Positions 61,341 to 64,000 of a DNA stretch of 64,000 nucleotides are shown piece by piece; positions within the stretch are counted from its first letter, which is position 1; each line of letters opens with the position of its first letter. The stretch covers positions 2,560,001 to 2,624,000 of the forward strand of contig OY969767.1 in NCBI GenBank assembly GCA_963702895.1, in the 5' to 3' direction. This stretch comes from an uncultured Elusimicrobia bacterium (GTDB lineage Bacteria > Elusimicrobiota > Elusimicrobia > 2-01-FULL-59-12). Below the pieces are notes generated by a model. The model worked only from the letters and a program-made list of their open reading frames with translations, was not told where the DNA came from and made no database searches. The position numbers and the translations under genes were made by a program.

Positions 61341-61933
61341 TTTTTTCTCATGAGCAGGCTGTAGCTCTTTGGCTTTCGGGGGCCTTCGAACACCCCTTCC
61401 CGTAGCTTGAGGATATGAAATCCTGGGCGAAAGAGCTCCTCCAGCTCTTGTCGCGAAAAACGGAAGGGACCTTCGGTCCCCGGCTCTTGGTCACTAAAGA
61501 CTCTCAGCCCATAGAGACCTCCCGCGCGAAGGACACGCTTGACTTCGGCGATCGCCTGGGGACGATCTTCCGGCGACAGGACATGAAAACACCCACGGTC
61601 ATAAGCGAAGTCAATGAACTGATCTTCTACAGGAATTTGTCGGATGTCGCCGATTTGGAAAAACCCAAAGACGCCCGCTGCAGAAGCGGTTTCGCGCGCC
61701 AAGGCGATCGCTGCGGGACTGATATCGATACCGATGACGTTAAAGCCCTGCTGGATCAAGTAGACGGCATCATGACCGGGACCCGTTCCCATATCCAAGG
61801 CCTGGCCCACCGGGATCTCGCCGGAACGGACCCAGCGGACCAAGTCCGGGTCCGGCCCTCCGGAGTTCCACGGCAAATCCCCAGGAGGGGTTTTAAGATA
61901 CACATCCTCCCAATGCTCGTCGTTAAAAGGCAC
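61337..61933 (-). CDS. Class I SAM methyltransferase (TPMT-like)
   Basis: ALDMGTGPG, GIDISP, YDRGCFH. Confidence 0.88.
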   Translation of the reverse strand: MPFNDEHWEDVYLKTPPGDLPWNSGGPDPDLVRWVRSGEIPVGQALDMGTGPGHDAVYLIQQGFNVIGIDISPAAIALARETASAAGVFGFFQIGDIRQIPVEDQFIDFAYDRGCFHVLSPEDRPQAIAEVKRVLRAGGLYGLRVFSDQEPGTEGPFRFSRQELEELFRPGFHILKLREGVFEGPRKPKSYSLLMRKK

Positions 61934-62348
61934 GGCGGTGTTCCTGATAGATGCATTTGTTCATCACCACCTGGAGGCCGGCAGATCGCGCCCGGTTCGC
62001 GGCTGCATTATGAACAATGCCTTGCTGCATCCAAATCACTTTGGCCTTCTTGGCGATCGCTTCCTCCACAATGGCAGGTACGGCGGACGGCTCCCGGAAG
62101 AGGTCGACAATATCGACGGGCTCGGGGATCTCGCTTAAGCTTTTGTAGCACTTGTCTCCCAGGATTTCAGTATGCCCAGGGTTCACCGGGATCACTTTGT
62201 AGCCGTGTTCCTTGAGATAAATCGAAATCCAATGCGACGGCCGCTCAGGCTTCAGTGACGCGCCAATCACCGCGATCACTCTCGATTCTCGGAGGATCCT
62301 TGCGATCTCTTCGGGAGCCGCGTTTTCTTTCGGGAATTCACATTCCAT
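61923..62348 (-). CDS. CoA-binding protein (YccU-like)
   Basis: IAVIGAS, VIPVNP, VDIVDLFR, WMQQG, VVMNKC. Confidence 0.9.
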   Translation of the reverse strand: MECEFPKENAAPEEIARILRESRVIAVIGASLKPERPSHWISIYLKEHGYKVIPVNPGHTEILGDKCYKSLSEIPEPVDIVDLFREPSAVPAIVEEAIAKKAKVIWMQQGIVHNAAANRARSAGLQVVMNKCIYQEHRRAF

Positions 62349-62504
62349 ACGAAATTCTTTCAAGTCAGAATAAACAGACGGCGGAATAGACGGACGTCAG
62401 AAAAACCGACACAGCGGCCATCATGAATCGAATCCTGCCTCCAGGCATTTCCGCCTCTTGTATAGCCCGCCGTCCGCTTTTTCTGCCCCCCGTCTTTTCT
62501 GTGG

Positions 62505-63902
62505 TCACTTGAATGTTAATTTTACCGCGGTTTCGATGTGGGGTGTGTGCGGGAATAAATCCACCGGCTGAATTTCCTGAGCCCAATAACCGCCTTTCGT
62601 CAGAACGCCAAGATCCCGGGCGAGGGTCGCGGGGTCGCAGGAGACGTAAACGAGGGGAGAGGGGCGAAGGGCGACGAGCGACTTCAGAACCGAAGGCGTG
62701 CAGCCGGAGCGCGGCGGATCGACCACGACCGCCAGAGGCCTTCGGTCGTGAGCAAGGCCTCCCAGGAAGGCCTCCGCGGACTTCGCGATAAAGCGGGCGT
62801 TATCAATGTTGTTAAGCTCGGCATTCATTTCGGCATCACGGAAGGCTGCCGGGAATTCCTCCACTCCGCCGACCTCCTGAAAGCCGTCGGCGAGCCACAA
62901 AGCGATGGTTCCAACGCCGGTGTAGAGGTCCAGGAGCCGCTCGCCGCGCCCCGCCATCCCTTGGATCACGTTATAGAGGATCTCCGCCTGCGGGCTGTTC
63001 ACCTGGAAGAAGGCGCCCGGCGAGAGCCGAAAGCGCAGCCTCCCGAGCCGCTCTTCCAAATAATCCTGGCCATGAATCTTTCGCCACTGGCTTCCGAGGA
63101 TCACGTTCGTGCGAGCGGGCTGGATGTTCTGGTGAATGGCGACGAGGTTAGGACATTCTCGAATAAGGACTGGGATGATCTCTCTTTCTTTGGCAAAAGA
63201 AGGGTCGCGCGTGACCAGGATGAGCATAGCCTTGCCGTCCTGGGACGTGCGAAGCAGAAGGTGCCGGATCCATCCAAGATGCCGTTTGGGATCATAGGCA
63301 TGCACGCCCAGCTTTTTGAACAGCTCCAGCGTTCGTTGGATGATCTTCACTGACAGCTCCGACTGCACCAGACAATCCTCGACGGGCACGATGTCATGCG
63401 ACCCTTCGCTGTAGAAGCCGGAAATGAGCGCCTGCCCGTTCCAGCCCACGGGTTGCTGCACCTTGTTGCGATAACGCCAGGGATCTTTCATGCCCAAAAC
63501 AGGCTTGACGGTGATGCCGGAGAGTCCCCCCAGGCGCTCCAGGGTTTCCTGAACAATGGCTCTCTTGGCTTCCAGCTGGGAGGGGTAGGGCAGGTGTTGC
63601 CAGGAGCAACCGCCGCACCAAAGACCAGGGACGACAGATGAGGAGCCAGAGATGACGGACGAGGAACCGGGAACACGAAAGTGATAAGGGCAAGGAGGGT
63701 CGACTCGCGCGCCGGAGGACTCCGTGATTTTTAGAATGCGCGCGCGCGCGAAACGTTTGCGGAGGTCTGTGATCTGCGCTTCGAGGGTGTCGCCGGGAGC
63801 CGCGTAGGGGACAAAGACAACCCTTCCTTCCGTGCGGGCAACACCTTCCCCCCCGCTCGACAAGCGCTCAATACGAAGACGTATGCGTTCACCTTGACGC
63901 AT
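62505..63902 (-). CDS. rlmD: 23S rRNA m5U1939 methyltransferase with insertion in the Fe-S motif
   Basis: TRAM domain, CGGC, AFFQVN, VVDPPRSG, YVSCDPATLARD, DLFPHTPHIE. Confidence 0.95.
   Translation of the reverse strand: MRQGERIRLRIERLSSGGEGVARTEGRVVFVPYAAPGDTLEAQITDLRKRFARARILKITESSGARVDPPCPYHFRVPGSSSVISGSSSVVPGLWCGGCSWQHLPYPSQLEAKRAIVQETLERLGGLSGITVKPVLGMKDPWRYRNKVQQPVGWNGQALISGFYSEGSHDIVPVEDCLVQSELSVKIIQRTLELFKKLGVHAYDPKRHLGWIRHLLLRTSQDGKAMLILVTRDPSFAKEREIIPVLIRECPNLVAIHQNIQPARTNVILGSQWRKIHGQDYLEERLGRLRFRLSPGAFFQVNSPQAEILYNVIQGMAGRGERLLDLYTGVGTIALWLADGFQEVGGVEEFPAAFRDAEMNAELNNIDNARFIAKSAEAFLGGLAHDRRPLAVVVDPPRSGCTPSVLKSLVALRPSPLVYVSCDPATLARDLGVLTKGGYWAQEIQPVDLFPHTPHIETAVKLTFK
63624..63679. 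repeat. Single-arm heptamer tandem repeat in frame in rlmD
   Basis: ACCAGGG ACGACAG ATGAGGA GCCAGAG ATGACGG ACGAGGA ACCGGGA ACACGAA. Confidence 0.75.
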
Positions 63903-63929
63903 TCGTCTATTCTACTTATGAAGAGGACG

Positions 63930-64000
63930 TTAGGAGATTTTTGGGGGTTCCGGCTGGATCACTTTCAGGGTTTCTTCGACGTCGGGTTTCAGGCTGCTTT
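63930..64000 (-). CDS. 3' end of an unidentified gene (partial)
   Basis: Open frame ...SLKPDVEETLKVIQPEPPKIS* up to the window edge. Confidence 0.4.
   Translation of the reverse strand, partial: SSLKPDVEETLKVIQPEPPKIS

Overview
GC-rich bacterial chromosomal window containing the replication origin region; by gene content my inference is Elusimicrobiota or a related lineage (PorV-like gene plus T9SS-type C-terminal domain, Bat operon, dnaA-dnaN-DUF721-gyrB-gyrA). Left to right: a partial IS4-family element next to tRNA-Ser(GCT); mscL, a DUF481 porin, acyP, a PorV-like/CTD pair and a Sel1-repeat gene; an Omp85 gene whose 3' end is duplicated around a 3.2-kb islet (complete IS1380 with 7-bp target duplication plus an ankyrin lipoprotein); a glycan-modification cluster; serS and pdxH; a moxR-DUF58-batA-E operon; ino1; a second Omp85; sodN/sodX; a two-component cluster; an APC permease; an internally deleted pseudogene; then gyrA-gyrB-dciA-dnaN-oriC-dnaA-rsmA-pdxA-surA-PPIase, a YwiC-like gene, mfd, a GH2-like hydrolase, a methyltransferase, a CoA-binding protein and rlmD. 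The most unusual signal is a set of short palindromic elements (7- and 8-bp tandem-repeat hairpins, plus nested GTCAT(C/T)CCGGCG palindromes). They sit in frame inside serS, mfd (twice) and the rlmD Fe-S motif, appear to supply signal-peptide sequence for secreted proteins, and are crossed by translation-bridging ORFs in the bat operon. All protein family calls are from motif recognition, not database searches.
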